A stretch of DNA of 64,000 nt from Paramoeba atlantica (taxonomy: Eukaryota; Protista; Discosea). Location of the stretch: assembly GCA_977017575.1 (NCBI GenBank), contig CDRNVI010000024.1, positions 124,001-188,000 on the forward strand, written 5' to 3'. Shown piece after piece: positions 19,076 through 29,891 of the stretch (within the stretch, counting starts at the first letter, position 1; each line of letters starts with the position of its first letter). The position numbers and the translations under genes were made by a program. The notes beneath the pieces are model-generated. The model was not told where the DNA came from and searched no databases. It saw only the letters and a list, made by a program, of their open reading frames with translations.

Positions 19076-20911
19076 TTACTTTTCATGCCTACGAATGAAG
19101 TTAACAACTCGCTCCCTAAATTCCTTAGGAAACATATCGTATAATCCGCAGTGAAACCCGTCAGGGGCCACCCATAGCTCCTTCGGCTCGTGAGCCAGAT
19201 CGAAGAGGGTTTGTGAGTGCTCTACAGGAACAACCTCGTCTGCCGTCCCATGCATTAAAAAAATAGGACGCGGTGCAATTCTGGAAATAGTGTGTAGCGC
19301 CTGACACTTCTTCGAGGGCACATTTCCGACCCGATAATTCAGCCAAAGCCGACATAATCTATGAAAAATCGTAAAGAAAAACTGGGACAGCCATGTATGG
19401 GTCATATAGCCTCCCATAATATGATTAATATGACGTTGTTGCAGATATCCCACCGTGGTAATCGGGTTTTCCGCAATCACGATATCAATGTTGGAATCAA
19501 TCGCGGCAGCCATAATACACGCGCTACCCCCTACCGAGGTACCAATCGCCACCAGCGTGCGCAAACCACAGCGCTCCCTCAAATACCGCGCGGCCGTACA
19601 CACGTCATACCTCTCCTTTACCCCGTAGGTAAACCCTTTCCCCGTGCCCTGACTCATGCCATGTTCGCGAAAATCAAACAGCAACACTTCAAACCCCTCG
19701 GCATGGAACATACGCACGTGACGAAGAAACGCCCGACGGTCGCGTCCCCCTCCATGGACCAGGATCACCCCAGTAGATCGAGAACTGCTGTCCGGGGAGG
19801 CCGCGACGTACCACCCGGAAAGAGTGTATTGATCAGCAGTATGCAGCGTAACCTCCTCGTAGTCAAGCCCAAGATCATACTTTGGGTCATTCACAATACC
19901 CTGCCAGTACTCCGGGAGTGCGGCCATGGTAAGCTTACTCGCGTTGGGGCGGTACCATGGAGGGCGAATCGAGACCTCGGAGACAAAATATGACACAATG
20001 AGGAAATAGTACGCAATAGTGATAGCAAGGAAATTTACCGCAAAACGCCACCCGGACAGCCACAGGAGGACAAGAATCGGGCACAGCACACTAATAACCA
20101 TTTTCCGAATAAACGTGCTGTTAATCACATCGGTGGACTCCATGCTTCTGGACTGTTCACTCTCTTTGGCACGTTTCGCGAAGAATTTTAAAGAATCCAC
20201 CGCACCGTGTCGTTTTAAAAAGTCTTGAATCTCAGTTTTCGAGCACTCTAACAACGGCGTCCGGTTTCGCGTGTCGGGGTAGTTCACATCCGCTCCTCGG
20301 CTCACAAGGAGTTCGACCATGGGAAGGTTACCATGGCTAACGGCCACGTGCAACGGGGTGCGCGACTCATAGTCCGACTGGTTGACATCCAGAGAAGCGA
20401 GTTTCCCCGACAGCAAACCCTCCACCTCCGCGAGTAATCCCTTCCCCACCGCAACATGAAGCCGTGGGTCAAAGACACTCTCGGTCAAAGGCCGACCACT
20501 TCGAGGGGTTCCGATCGGGAAACTAGAGAGGGAGAGCGAGGAGGAAACGGGATGAGATCTTCGCCCAGCGCTTCCCGGTCGACTGGTCATGGAGCGTCGA
20601 GACCCAGGGGAGAGTCTCTTATCTGCAGCAGCAGCACCAGAAGAAGAAGACAATGAATTCCAAGAAACCCTACGACTGCGCTGTAGACCGTGCTGCACCG
20701 CCTCCCGTACATCCTCTGTCATGGTGGTCACGCGGGTGAGCACGCGTTGAGCCACGGAGCGTTTCTCGGGCGAGAGTTTTCGAGAATCGGAGGCTCGAGG
20801 TTGTGTGGAGTTTATGTTGAGTCCGGCCCGGGAGGGGCTGGATCGTGAGGAAGATGGTTTTAGGTGAGGCGTTTTCGGTTTTGACCGTTCCCTGGATGGT
20901 GATTTTTTCAT
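19076..20911 (-). CDS. Ankyrin-repeat + TM + alpha/beta-hydrolase protein
   Basis: Ankyrin RTPLHVAVSHGNLPMVELLVSRGADVN. Hydrolase VHGGG, GTSVGG nucleophile, HGTADEVVP, FHCG. Confidence 0.85.
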   Translation of the reverse strand: MKKSPSRERSKPKTPHLKPSSSRSSPSRAGLNINSTQPRASDSRKLSPEKRSVAQRVLTRVTTMTEDVREAVQHGLQRSRRVSWNSLSSSSGAAAADKRLSPGSRRSMTSRPGSAGRRSHPVSSSLSLSSFPIGTPRSGRPLTESVFDPRLHVAVGKGLLAEVEGLLSGKLASLDVNQSDYESRTPLHVAVSHGNLPMVELLVSRGADVNYPDTRNRTPLLECSKTEIQDFLKRHGAVDSLKFFAKRAKESEQSRSMESTDVINSTFIRKMVISVLCPILVLLWLSGWRFAVNFLAITIAYYFLIVSYFVSEVSIRPPWYRPNASKLTMAALPEYWQGIVNDPKYDLGLDYEEVTLHTADQYTLSGWYVAASPDSSSRSTGVILVHGGGRDRRAFLRHVRMFHAEGFEVLLFDFREHGMSQGTGKGFTYGVKERYDVCTAARYLRERCGLRTLVAIGTSVGGSACIMAAAIDSNIDIVIAENPITTVGYLQQRHINHIMGGYMTHTWLSQFFFTIFHRLCRLWLNYRVGNVPSKKCQALHTISRIAPRPIFLMHGTADEVVPVEHSQTLFDLAHEPKELWVAPDGFHCGLYDMFPKEFRERVVNFIRRHEK

Positions 20912-21092
20912 GAGTAAAATTTGACGAACTTAAGATGTTTAACGATAGTCCTTGTAAAGTGTAGTTGTTTTAAGAAAATGAAAACTAAAATGAAAGATCA
21001 TAAAGATTATAAAGATGAAAGAATGTGTAATGTAGACAGAGAAACGTTTTATAAGAAGAATTATGGTACGACAACACAGGACTGGTCTTGTT

Positions 21093-22469
21093 CTATTCAG
21101 GTAGAAGCTTCTCTTGTCGACTGTAGTCTGTGATTTTTTGGGCGATATCCAGCGCCGGAAGATTTTTGCTGTCGACGGAGGCAAACATCACTTCAACGCG
21201 ATAGTCTTTTGTATGTCGTGTAAAGTTGATACGCGTTACCGAAGGATCATTGTGAGCCTTGCCATGTGCCCCTTGTCCTATAGGGCTCGTGCTCATTAAA
21301 TAATCATACCGCGCACTGCCTTGTAGCACGCAAAGTCCCCGTGGTTCTAAGTACACCCGAGGGTACCATAACTCCGAGTGATGAGAGAGGCGTAGTATCT
21401 GCGCGCTAATCAAGCTTAAGATCCCAATGTAGGGACCCAGTGAAGGGTGCTTCCGATGCCATGCATAACCAGAATAAGGGGTAACGTACTCATTGATTTG
21501 AAAAGTGTTTGGCATGGATGGAAGAAGACCGAGTCGGTAGGCCCTGAGAAGCACTCGCCCAAGTAATGGGAGCCTCGCCGTACCCCACGCTAGAACACAA
21601 CGATTAGGAACGCTGAGTTCTTCATCAAAGTAGTTCGTGCAGTACCGACCTTCGGAGGAAACATAACGGGTGGGGGACTGTCGATCCCGATGGAGTGTGG
21701 TTGACATAATCTCTGCCAAGATGTCTCTCTCCTCCGCCGGAGTTAAAAAATTGCGAATCTGATGCATTCCTTCTGGTTCAAGTCGTTGCGTGGTATACAG
21801 TGAAACAGGAAATTGTGCCATACCCTTGTGCGAGTCCCGCATAAATCCGTTGAACTCATCTGCATATATGCCCTCATGACTATGATACTCTGCGTGGGTT
21901 GAACTTTTCTTTAAATCGACACTCCTCATGCGGTTGCGAGGAAGAGCAGCCCACGTATTCCATGCGTAGTTAACTTTACTCGAGACCTTGCGAGTGGAAA
22001 CAGACGACGAATTCGAGGTGGTTACAGAGCCAAGAGAATTGATCCTAGGTGTGCGCGTACTTAACGTCTTGTCGAGAAATCGTTTGTAAAATGGACTTTG
22101 TTCGTGGATTACCCAGCGATTAGAATTGAAGTATGTTTCCTCGGTTTTATTACTGGGAATGGTCATCGTATTTTTCTTTGTTAGCTCTATAGCCGGTCCT
22201 CCGGGTTTACCTGTTTGTGAGGAGTCACCATAAGCCGGAGACGCTGGCCATTGGCTAGCTTTTTTACGATAATATTCGGCATACTGCTGCAATGTGGAGT
22301 GTGAGTGAGCGTTGTCTGGTACTCCAGAATGGTCATAACAGCCCTCATTCGTGCGCTCGATCGTTGGAAGCTCAACAGACTCAAAGGAACCCCACCCCGG
22401 TCTATTGGAACGAAACTTTGAGCCCTTCTGAACGCGTGAGGAAACTATGTTGCTCCTGTTACCTCGCAT
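21093..22469 (-). CDS. AlkB/2OG-Fe(II) oxygenase-fold protein with degenerate metal ligands
   Basis: IRNFLTPAEE, PNTFQINEY, IGILSL, YLEPRGLCVLQGSARYDY, RVEVMF. HxD position reads WHRKH. Confidence 0.7.
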   Translation of the reverse strand: MRGNRSNIVSSRVQKGSKFRSNRPGWGSFESVELPTIERTNEGCYDHSGVPDNAHSHSTLQQYAEYYRKKASQWPASPAYGDSSQTGKPGGPAIELTKKNTMTIPSNKTEETYFNSNRWVIHEQSPFYKRFLDKTLSTRTPRINSLGSVTTSNSSSVSTRKVSSKVNYAWNTWAALPRNRMRSVDLKKSSTHAEYHSHEGIYADEFNGFMRDSHKGMAQFPVSLYTTQRLEPEGMHQIRNFLTPAEERDILAEIMSTTLHRDRQSPTRYVSSEGRYCTNYFDEELSVPNRCVLAWGTARLPLLGRVLLRAYRLGLLPSMPNTFQINEYVTPYSGYAWHRKHPSLGPYIGILSLISAQILRLSHHSELWYPRVYLEPRGLCVLQGSARYDYLMSTSPIGQGAHGKAHNDPSVTRINFTRHTKDYRVEVMFASVDSKNLPALDIAQKITDYSRQEKLLPE

Positions 22470-22786
22470 TATTCATTAACATATTATAGCATTGACACCG
22501 TGCACCGACGTTTGTATGAAATAAAGCGAACTGCAGGAGACAAACATACATACACATTTTTAATAGCAAAATCCGTAATTGAAGTAAACCCAAAGAAACG
22601 ATCTCAAGATTTTAGTAATGGTGAGGATTGCTAATTTTTCAGTTTTTGAAATGTTTTATAACGTTCTGATACTTGGGTACTTATACTCTACAAGATGTTT
22701 TGGCAGCCTCATTTGAAATGAGGCATTCCAATGAAAAATTTACATTACAAACCTGTTGATTCCAATCATGGCGAAATCTAGAAGCT

Positions 22787-24559
22787 CTAATCCAAATGAG
22801 TCTCTACCTCGTGATGTGAAAATGATCGAAACCATATATTTTCCGTCCATCGCCCACATCGGTATATTACGTAGCAAAAGAGTCGTATCCACCATGGTCG
22901 TTGCAGATAAAGGTCCTGCGTAAGTTGTCTACAATGTTTCATGTCTTTCTCAAAATGTTCTTCAAGAGTGCGGGCTGTCGGGTAATCCACCGTCGCAACG
23001 GATACTTCTAGAAGTTTGTTCGACAACGAGTCCCAGTTGTATGACCCGACGGCTGACCACACGCCGTCAACTACTACCGTTTTGCTGTGTAATATATGAG
23101 GGGGGAGGTCATGTGTCGGTGAAGAGTCGGATACACCTGTAGGTGAGTTGTTCCTTATCTGTACCCAGTATTCGGTCAGCCAATTAAAGAAATTTGCAAT
23201 CCAATAGGATTCCTTATGCGAAACATTAGTATTTATATTCGTTAGCTCTGTAGTTTGTGTTGAAAAAGCTGTGTCATATTCATAAATGCTTATGTTATGA
23301 GACAGCAGTCTGTGCACAATATATTGTGCACCCCACCACATTAGCCAAGGATCGGTACTCCGAAGTGAGCCTGTCATTACCCTTACGTCTACGCCCCGTC
23401 GAGCGGCCCCGAGAATACATTTCAGTAGCCTTCGGGTCGGTAAAAGGTACGGAGTTGTGATCCAAACACGATGCTGTGCGCGATACAGAATAAATTCGTA
23501 AGCTTTTTGAATTTTGTAGGTCCGACTCCACGTGTTGGAATACAATACTTGTGCAAGTAATGATGGACGCTGCCGTTTCTCCACAGGCTTTTTTCTAATA
23601 TTTCTTCCTCGCAGCTTAAAGTTAAATAAAGGATTTCTTGCAGCACTACGAAATCGCGAAAGTCGAGCTAAGAATTTCTTACGACGCATTAGGAGCTTTT
23701 GAGCCAGCTTGCGAAAAGAGCCGTTGCGTTCTGCGTTTAGCGTGTCATGAACCACGTCATGGAGAGAATTCACAATTCCACCCTGCAATCGACACATGGT
23801 GTCTCGAAAGGCCCCGGTACCTCCAATAGAGGTGCCTGCGTATTCATTTCCGATGTTCAAACCTCCGACGTACGCCACTTTGTCGTCAACAAGAAGAATT
23901 TTACGATGATTACGTATGAGTGGAGAGAGCCGCCAAGGCTGTGTACTGCGACCGAAATATGCTCCTGCGCTTAGTGAGTACCTAAGAATTCGATGAAAGA
24001 CAGGATTAAATTTTATAACTCGTGCGTTTTTACAATTCGATAATTCTTGCACTAGTGCTGTACGACCACTAATGTTTCCCCCGTCATCATATAGAAATAC
24101 AACTCGCACACCACGATGAGCTGCAACAACTAGACGGCGTATGGTTTCGCGTCCGATGAAATCATCTTTACAAATGTAGGTTACCCATTGAATCGACTTT
24201 TGCGCATCGTCCACTGCTTTCCACATGCATGAAAACGCCTGTGAACTGCTGCTATAGAGCTGCATCTTGTTATCAAGAGTGAAGGGAGCGATTCTTTGTA
24301 ACAAAGAAACCATTTTAGACCATTCTATAGGGTTTCCCAGCTCCCTCTTTGGTGCATGTTTCATTGCAAGAGTGGCATCTCGAAACTGTTTTTGGAGATG
24401 GATGCGCGAACTTGCAAGCAAGTCATTAGGAGAACTTTTCAAACTTTTTGTGGGAGAATTCCAACGCGTCAATAATCCCCGCTTGAGCAGTTCTGTGTGT
24501 TTCGCCCGCTGTCGCACTAGTTGAATAAAAGGAGACCATCTTAGTTTTGAGGAACCCAT
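22787..24559 (-). CDS. CLS: Bacterial-type cardiolipin synthase (phospholipase D family)
   Basis: Two HKD motifs: NHRKILLVDDKVAYVGGLNIG and LHSKTVVVDGVWSAVGSYNWD. Confidence 0.88.
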   Translation of the reverse strand: MGSSKLRWSPFIQLVRQRAKHTELLKRGLLTRWNSPTKSLKSSPNDLLASSRIHLQKQFRDATLAMKHAPKRELGNPIEWSKMVSLLQRIAPFTLDNKMQLYSSSSQAFSCMWKAVDDAQKSIQWVTYICKDDFIGRETIRRLVVAAHRGVRVVFLYDDGGNISGRTALVQELSNCKNARVIKFNPVFHRILRYSLSAGAYFGRSTQPWRLSPLIRNHRKILLVDDKVAYVGGLNIGNEYAGTSIGGTGAFRDTMCRLQGGIVNSLHDVVHDTLNAERNGSFRKLAQKLLMRRKKFLARLSRFRSAARNPLFNFKLRGRNIRKKPVEKRQRPSLLAQVLYSNTWSRTYKIQKAYEFILYRAQHRVWITTPYLLPTRRLLKCILGAARRGVDVRVMTGSLRSTDPWLMWWGAQYIVHRLLSHNISIYEYDTAFSTQTTELTNINTNVSHKESYWIANFFNWLTEYWVQIRNNSPTGVSDSSPTHDLPPHILHSKTVVVDGVWSAVGSYNWDSLSNKLLEVSVATVDYPTARTLEEHFEKDMKHCRQLTQDLYLQRPWWIRLFCYVIYRCGRWTENIWFRSFSHHEVETHLD

Positions 24560-25162
24560 TTTCAGGTTTTTGGCATCTGATTAATACACTATAATACTGT
24601 GGTACCGCGAAATTAACTAACTTTACAGAGAAAAGATATCGGATGTAAAGACATTCATACTACGTAGAACGTACAGGAACTATATACTCTATAATGTATA
24701 TTCCTGTCCACTTCAGTAGACTCATTTCAAGCGAGCGTAAGATAAGTACTACTGAATACAAAGTGTGTACCCAGGCTATTTTTATAAAAATACTCAGCCA
24801 CACAGTAGTTTTGAAATTTGAAAAGCTTCTATGTTTGTAGCACAGATTCGAAACGCATGTATATCACGTATAATTATGTGGTGTGTACAACTCCAGTTAA
24901 TTGCTACTTACTATATTATCGTAAGCAACATAATGCTTCGGCAATTTTACGTAGAGACCGTCCGTCATATGAAGTGAAGCGGCAAAGTTTAGACGGTGTC
25001 ATACATTTTTCGGCCCAACACAATGTAAAATTCGCCCATAAGAGAGCATACAAAAAGCAAATAAAACAAAGAATTAAAAACGTGTACGCCATAGTAGTTT
25101 TCAGTGAAAACATGAATATACTAAAACCAACAAGTATGCTTGCTCAACACCGTTGCGTCTTG

Positions 25163-25807
25163 CTAGTGTTTGGCTGATGCCTTGATTACATTTTGATAAG
25201 TAGCAATACTGCCGGATAGCAGGCCGCACATGGAAGTAAACCCAACGCAAGGCTTGTAGACGCAGGATGCATAGCCGGTAGCATCCAGCGTAGCCAACAG
25301 ATCAGCAAAGTTGCGCACAAAGTTGATAATCAAGTCTTTCATCACCTTTTCCGCTTTGTATGCTCGGATCAACTTCAAAATGTCCAAAATACACGCAAAA
25401 AGGAAGGCCCAGAACTGCGATACCTTGGCTCGGCGCGACACCCACTGGCTACTCACATTACTGAGAATGTTGTACTTTGCGAGGTACGAGATGTTATCTC
25501 CAACGACGAAACCAAAGTCTGCGCTCACTCGTCCGTACTCTACCAACCCATCAACGGTGTCGAATGCAGCGCCAGAGGCCGAGATTTCACTCATTTTGCG
25601 CAGATTTTGAATCCATTTACCCAAACGCATGAGGCTTCTCCCGTCACCCATGGATTTGGCGAGAACACCGTACTTCTTTGCGGAGGAGAAATCTCCGGAG
25701 CGGCTACCCGACCATTCGAGAAAACGAGCCAAGTTTTGGACGGCCTTATAGATCTTGTCCCGGCCTTCAGTGGTGGCCATTATTTTTACGGTAGTGTCAA
25801 TGTCCAT
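25163..25807 (-). CDS. PEX11: Peroxin 11
   Basis: TTEGRDKIYKAVQNLARFL, GRSLMRLGKWI, NFADLL, GLLSGSIATY. First ATG at 25807. Confidence 0.9.
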   Translation of the reverse strand: MDIDTTVKIMATTEGRDKIYKAVQNLARFLEWSGSRSGDFSSAKKYGVLAKSMGDGRSLMRLGKWIQNLRKMSEISASGAAFDTVDGLVEYGRVSADFGFVVGDNISYLAKYNILSNVSSQWVSRRAKVSQFWAFLFACILDILKLIRAYKAEKVMKDLIINFVRNFADLLATLDATGYASCVYKPCVGFTSMCGLLSGSIATYQNVIKASAKH

Positions 25808-25972
25808 GTTTGACAAATTACAAATACTGGGTTGAAATTAGCAGAAAACGAGCAAAAGAAAAAAGAGAACGGTAAGAAGTGAAGAAGCGCAAAATTAAGA
25901 ACATCAATACAATATATCCAAGAGGAGAAGAAAATTCGAATAGGTAATGTTGGATGGAAAATATAGTGAAGG

Positions 25973-26662
25973 CTAGCTTGAAAGCAATATCTTTTCGCAG
26001 GCCGCAGGACCATAAAGTGCCTCGCAACGACCCTCAAAACTTTTTGTCATTTTCTGTACTACTTGAGAGAGAAACAGTTTTGACAAGTTGGAATGAATAG
26101 GATTGGAAAACTGAAAGCTGACATCGAAAGTGACGAGAGAAGCTTTTTTAGCAAGCTGATCTCGTTGTCTCTTAGCTTCAGTGCGCTGTGTCAGTTGCGC
26201 AGAGCTGGACGTATCTGGACAAGCTCGGTGCCTGTGATACTGATGAGGTAACAGATCGAGAGGAGGTTCTCTAAAACCCCAGTCGCAGGTAAGACCTTTC
26301 AGGATAGTGCTTTTTCCATTGAGTTGTGCATTAATTCTGTTAGGGTAATTCAACAGCACTTCACTTGAATATGCCTCTCGGAGAAAAAGAAAACCTACCT
26401 GAAGATCCGCAGTCATACGACGCTCATTGGTTTCATGAATTGTTGCCGCGTTGCACCAGGGAAGAAACGCAGGGTAACGTCCAATGTCCGCAACCACATT
26501 ATATACTTGCATCGGGCTGTATCCCAGGACGCATTTCTCACTGTACTTCTGTTCCAATAAGCGGTTTAAAGCCGAACAAATGGAAACATGACGCAACCCT
26601 GAGTACTTACCGTTCGCGTGCTGTGTTCGTACCCTAGCTGTTCGTATTCCATGTTTTCTCAT
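25973..26662 (-). CDS. COQ10: Coq10/START-type polyketide-cyclase-fold protein
   Basis: YSPMQVYNVVADIGRYPAFLPWC, ADLQVGF, SFEGRCEALYG. Confidence 0.85.
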   Translation of the reverse strand: MRKHGIRTARVRTQHANGKYSGLRHVSICSALNRLLEQKYSEKCVLGYSPMQVYNVVADIGRYPAFLPWCNAATIHETNERRMTADLQVGFLFLREAYSSEVLLNYPNRINAQLNGKSTILKGLTCDWGFREPPLDLLPHQYHRHRACPDTSSSAQLTQRTEAKRQRDQLAKKASLVTFDVSFQFSNPIHSNLSKLFLSQVVQKMTKSFEGRCEALYGPAACEKILLSS

Positions 26663-26828
26663 CTCACTAGAATAGAATAGAGCACGTAGATAAAAGAATG
26701 ATACATCAATGAAAATGTGAATATTAATCCAAATTCTGAGTAGACGTTCTCACACTATCGAGCAGTCTCCCTTGCATGTCCCCAAAGAAAAAGACCTGAA
26801 GTACAGAAAATCTTACACAAAACCGTCC

Positions 26829-27785
26829 CTATACACACTTTTCGCCATCCTCCATTTTTTCACCCAACCGCCGCTCATGACACTCCATACAACTCCGTCT
26901 CCACCATACATTCCTCCACAAACACCCCCCACACCTCCACATCCTCCCCGTTCCTCCCCTCCCCCTCCCCCTCCCCCTCCCCCTCGTCCCCGTCCCCCTC
27001 ACCCTCCTCTCATAACACCGAAAACACCGTCCCCGGTGTCCCCCATTCATTTCCCAACACCGCCCACATCTCCAGTCCCTCTCCCCACCCCCCTCCCCCC
27101 TCCCCCCTCCCCCTCCCCCCTCCTGCTGCTCCCTCTCCCTCCCACACCGCCCACACACCCCTGTGCTCCCCTGCTGCCTTACCCCACACGCACAGCGCCA
27201 CCCCCTGGCACGTGCCCGGGCCGTGTCGCCGGGGGTCCAGGGGCGGTTACGCGGATGGGGGAAGCGCGGGGCGGCGGGGGGGAGGGGGGCGGTGCAGCGG
27301 AGACAGCGGGGGGAGAGCAGCGGGGAGACGGTGTGGCAGGAGGGACAGAGCCAGTCCCCGGGGGAGGGGGGGATAGGGGAGGCTGTTCGCAGAGGGTAGT
27401 GGGGGATAGGGGGGGTAGGGGATGGGGGGTGGGAGATCGGGGAGTGGAAGGGAGGGGAGGCTGTTTGCAGAGGGTGGGGGATAGAGGGGGTAGGGGGTTG
27501 GGAGATGGGGGAGTGTAAGGGTGGGGAGATAGAGGGTTGGGAGGTAAGGGGTTGAGAGATTGGGGAGATAGGGGGTTGAGAGATCGGGTAGATAGGGGGT
27601 GGGGAGATCGGGAAGTATAACGGTGGGGAGATAGGGGGTGGGGAGATCGGGGAGGAAGCCGGTGGGGGTGAGGTAAGAGCGGCGATGAGACGGAGGGGGT
27701 GGAGGTGGAGGGTGGGGGAAAGGGAGGAGGAGGTGGTGGGGGAGGGGGTGGTGATGCGTTGGAGGTGAAAATAGAGGAGTTTCAT
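26829..27785 (-). CDS. Pro-rich/Gly-Arg-rich protein with four RanBP2-type zinc fingers
   Basis: WLCPSC..CLRC, WRCAC..CGRC, WRCGRC..CFRC, WRCGGC..CMEC; tandem PISPP/PISQP repeats. Confidence 0.75.
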   Translation of the reverse strand: MKLLYFHLQRITTPSPTTSSSLSPTLHLHPLRLIAALTSPPPASSPISPPPISPPLYFPISPPPIYPISQPPISPISQPLTSQPSISPPLHSPISQPPTPSIPHPLQTASPPFHSPISHPPSPTPPIPHYPLRTASPIPPSPGDWLCPSCHTVSPLLSPRCLRCTAPLPPAAPRFPHPRNRPWTPGDTARARARGWRCACGVRQQGSTGVCGRCGREREQQEGGGGGGRGEGGGERDWRCGRCWEMNGGHRGRCFRCYERRVRGTGTRGRGRGRGRGGTGRMWRCGGCLWRNVWWRRSCMECHERRLGEKMEDGEKCV

Positions 27786-28157
27786 GGATCAAAGAAGGGA
27801 TTGGGGTAGGGAAGAAGGGTGGTGAAACAGATGATTCGAGAAAGAGAGACGTGAAATAGAATTAACGGTTGATGTTAATTTGATAGGATTTTGTTGTTGT
27901 TACAATATTTAAAGATGATGTACAGATGAGTGCAAATTTGTACAAGGGTTGGTCTTGGTGGCTAATGGGGTCACTTTTTCATACATATTCTCGGTCCGCT
28001 GGATGGGGGAAAAATTTGACAATCGATTTTTGCGCGTTTTTGGTGTACTGGATATGATATTTTGGTCAAGTCTGGATATGACAAGATGTTGGTACACTGC
28101 ACAGATAGTTCAGGGACACGTATCAGAAATCAAGAAAGAGGGGGGTTATCGCGCTTT

Positions 28158-28946
28158 TTAAAATACTTTTCGTGGACCCGTGCCCACCTCGTCCCACCGA
28201 ACTGCCTTATGTACCGTTTTACGGAGGAATTCTTTTTCCGACTCACTGTGTGCATCTAGATAATCGGCCTTAGTAAAATGACCTTGTCGGGGAAGTGCAG
28301 GATATGTTCGTAAAAGACACCGCAAAGGTCGAGACCGACTCTTTTCAGCCTTTCCAATGGCTCGTTTCGAGTAGCCCTCGGGTACTGGACCTGCGGTGAG
28401 GTGCCAATGGGGTGGAACATATAAAACGTCATGCGGGTAAAGGATTATATCCACAGAAAACGGATCAGGGATATCTGAATTGGCGTACTTTTCTCCGTTT
28501 CTCATTGAATCCGGACAGACAACAGGACTATTAAACACAGCAGGCAGGGTGCATTGAATGCGTAATCCGTCCACTGAGGATATAAACTGTGCAGAAGTAA
28601 AGTCGATGTGAGGAACTGTGATAACTTTCTCATAATCAACGTCTTCGCACTCCCTTTTCTCATTTTCGCTCATTTTCCAAAGCCACTCTTTTTGACAAAA
28701 GTTCACCGGTGATTCGCAACCCGAATATGCAGGGATTGAGCTTGGTTTTTGCTGTAGTCGACTTTCCCACAAAGGAGTCCCACCGCATCCACGATGTACC
28801 AGAGGGCGGTTGGAGGTATTCAAAAAAATCCAGAAGAATTTCGGCGACATCGCTGTAGTAAAAAAGGGATAATGTGTAGAACCGAAGTCTTGGTTCAACC
28901 GGGTGGTGAGGCAAATTTTCGTTGTATTTACAGATCGACGCCTCAT
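28158..28946 (-). CDS. Cupin/JmjC-like protein (degenerate)
   Basis: PLVHRGC N-terminal segment and ILYPHDVLYVPPHWH cupin strand. Confidence 0.55.
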   Translation of the reverse strand: MRRRSVNTTKICLTTRLNQDFGSTHYPFFTTAMSPKFFWIFLNTSNRPLVHRGCGGTPLWESRLQQKPSSIPAYSGCESPVNFCQKEWLWKMSENEKRECEDVDYEKVITVPHIDFTSAQFISSVDGLRIQCTLPAVFNSPVVCPDSMRNGEKYANSDIPDPFSVDIILYPHDVLYVPPHWHLTAGPVPEGYSKRAIGKAEKSRSRPLRCLLRTYPALPRQGHFTKADYLDAHSESEKEFLRKTVHKAVRWDEVGTGPRKVF

Positions 28947-29404
28947 AGCTCCAAGACTTCTATCAGAAAGAAAAATGCACCAAGATTCGAAGAAAGACTA
29001 TTCAGTTCTAAGTAATAAGAGCAACTTACATCACAATGCTCAATACTCTTAACAATAAGTTCATAATACTGATACACCTGTCCATCACTCAATCAAAGAG
29101 ATGATTCACTTGAGAAATTCACTCAAAGAGATCAGTGGGATGTATCCTGCTTAACAAATTCAGTAGAAATGTGTCTATAAAACCATCTTCTAGCTCTCAG
29201 CATCCTGTGAAAGGGAGAAAAGAGTCCCACGTCTATGGGAAGAGCACCTTTCGAAGGTTGAACAAATCTTCTTCCAGTGGTACGGATAGGAAGAAACAGG
29301 GAACTCGAGAAGCGACATGGTAAGTGAAGATTCTTTCCACGGTACTAGCAGCTAGAACTGCAGGTCGCGCAGTATATGTATTGCTCTACGATATGTTAAC
29401 AAGT

Positions 29405-29836
29405 CTAAAATTCGGATACGGCAACTGTAAGGGAACACCCAGGGCAAGTAAGGTATAAGTAGGACGAGTTTCTTGGTAGAGCTGTAGTTGCCATTTTTTC
29501 GTACAGATAACCGCAGCGACAATTCAATTGCCCTTGCGCTTTTTCATATTCTCTACGTGTAATAATGTCAGAGACAAGTCCTTCCTCCAGTGTGCTGCTC
29601 AGTTCAAGCGTGTCATCGTGCTGTTTTCGAAGTGTGGGACTTACTAAGGTATCGCGCGCGTGAACTAAGTTACGAAATAATTCGCTGATCCCGCTACTTT
29701 CTTTTGCAACGTTTGCAGATTTGTGAATGTTTTGGTCAGGGTGAAAGTGTTTCGATAACCGCCGAAAGGCGCGTTGAATCTCCACCTCAGTGCAATCCTT
29801 AGATACACCCAAAAAATCATAAAGATTAGCGACCAT
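29405..29836 (-). CDS. DPH4: DnaJ + CSL zinc finger (diphthamide biosynthesis protein 4)
   Basis: NLYDFLGV..HFHPDQ J-domain; CRCG...CPGCSL. Confidence 0.88.
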   Translation of the reverse strand: MVANLYDFLGVSKDCTEVEIQRAFRRLSKHFHPDQNIHKSANVAKESSGISELFRNLVHARDTLVSPTLRKQHDDTLELSSTLEEGLVSDIITRREYEKAQGQLNCRCGYLYEKMATTALPRNSSYLYLTCPGCSLTVAVSEF

Positions 29837-29891
29837 AACCAGTGTGATCTAACAAGGAAATTCTAACAATTGCTGTTCTAGTAGTAAATTA

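Noticed and set aside
26772-27792. Long shadow ORFs (248 aa +, 181 aa -) and similar ones at 41129-42136 and 61432-62465
   Set aside because: They arise from stop-poor GC-rich skew islands overlapping real genes; no independent motifs.
29135-29400. Small ORFs between the cupin and DPH4 genes
   Set aside because: Short, lack a suitable ATG or recognisable motif.
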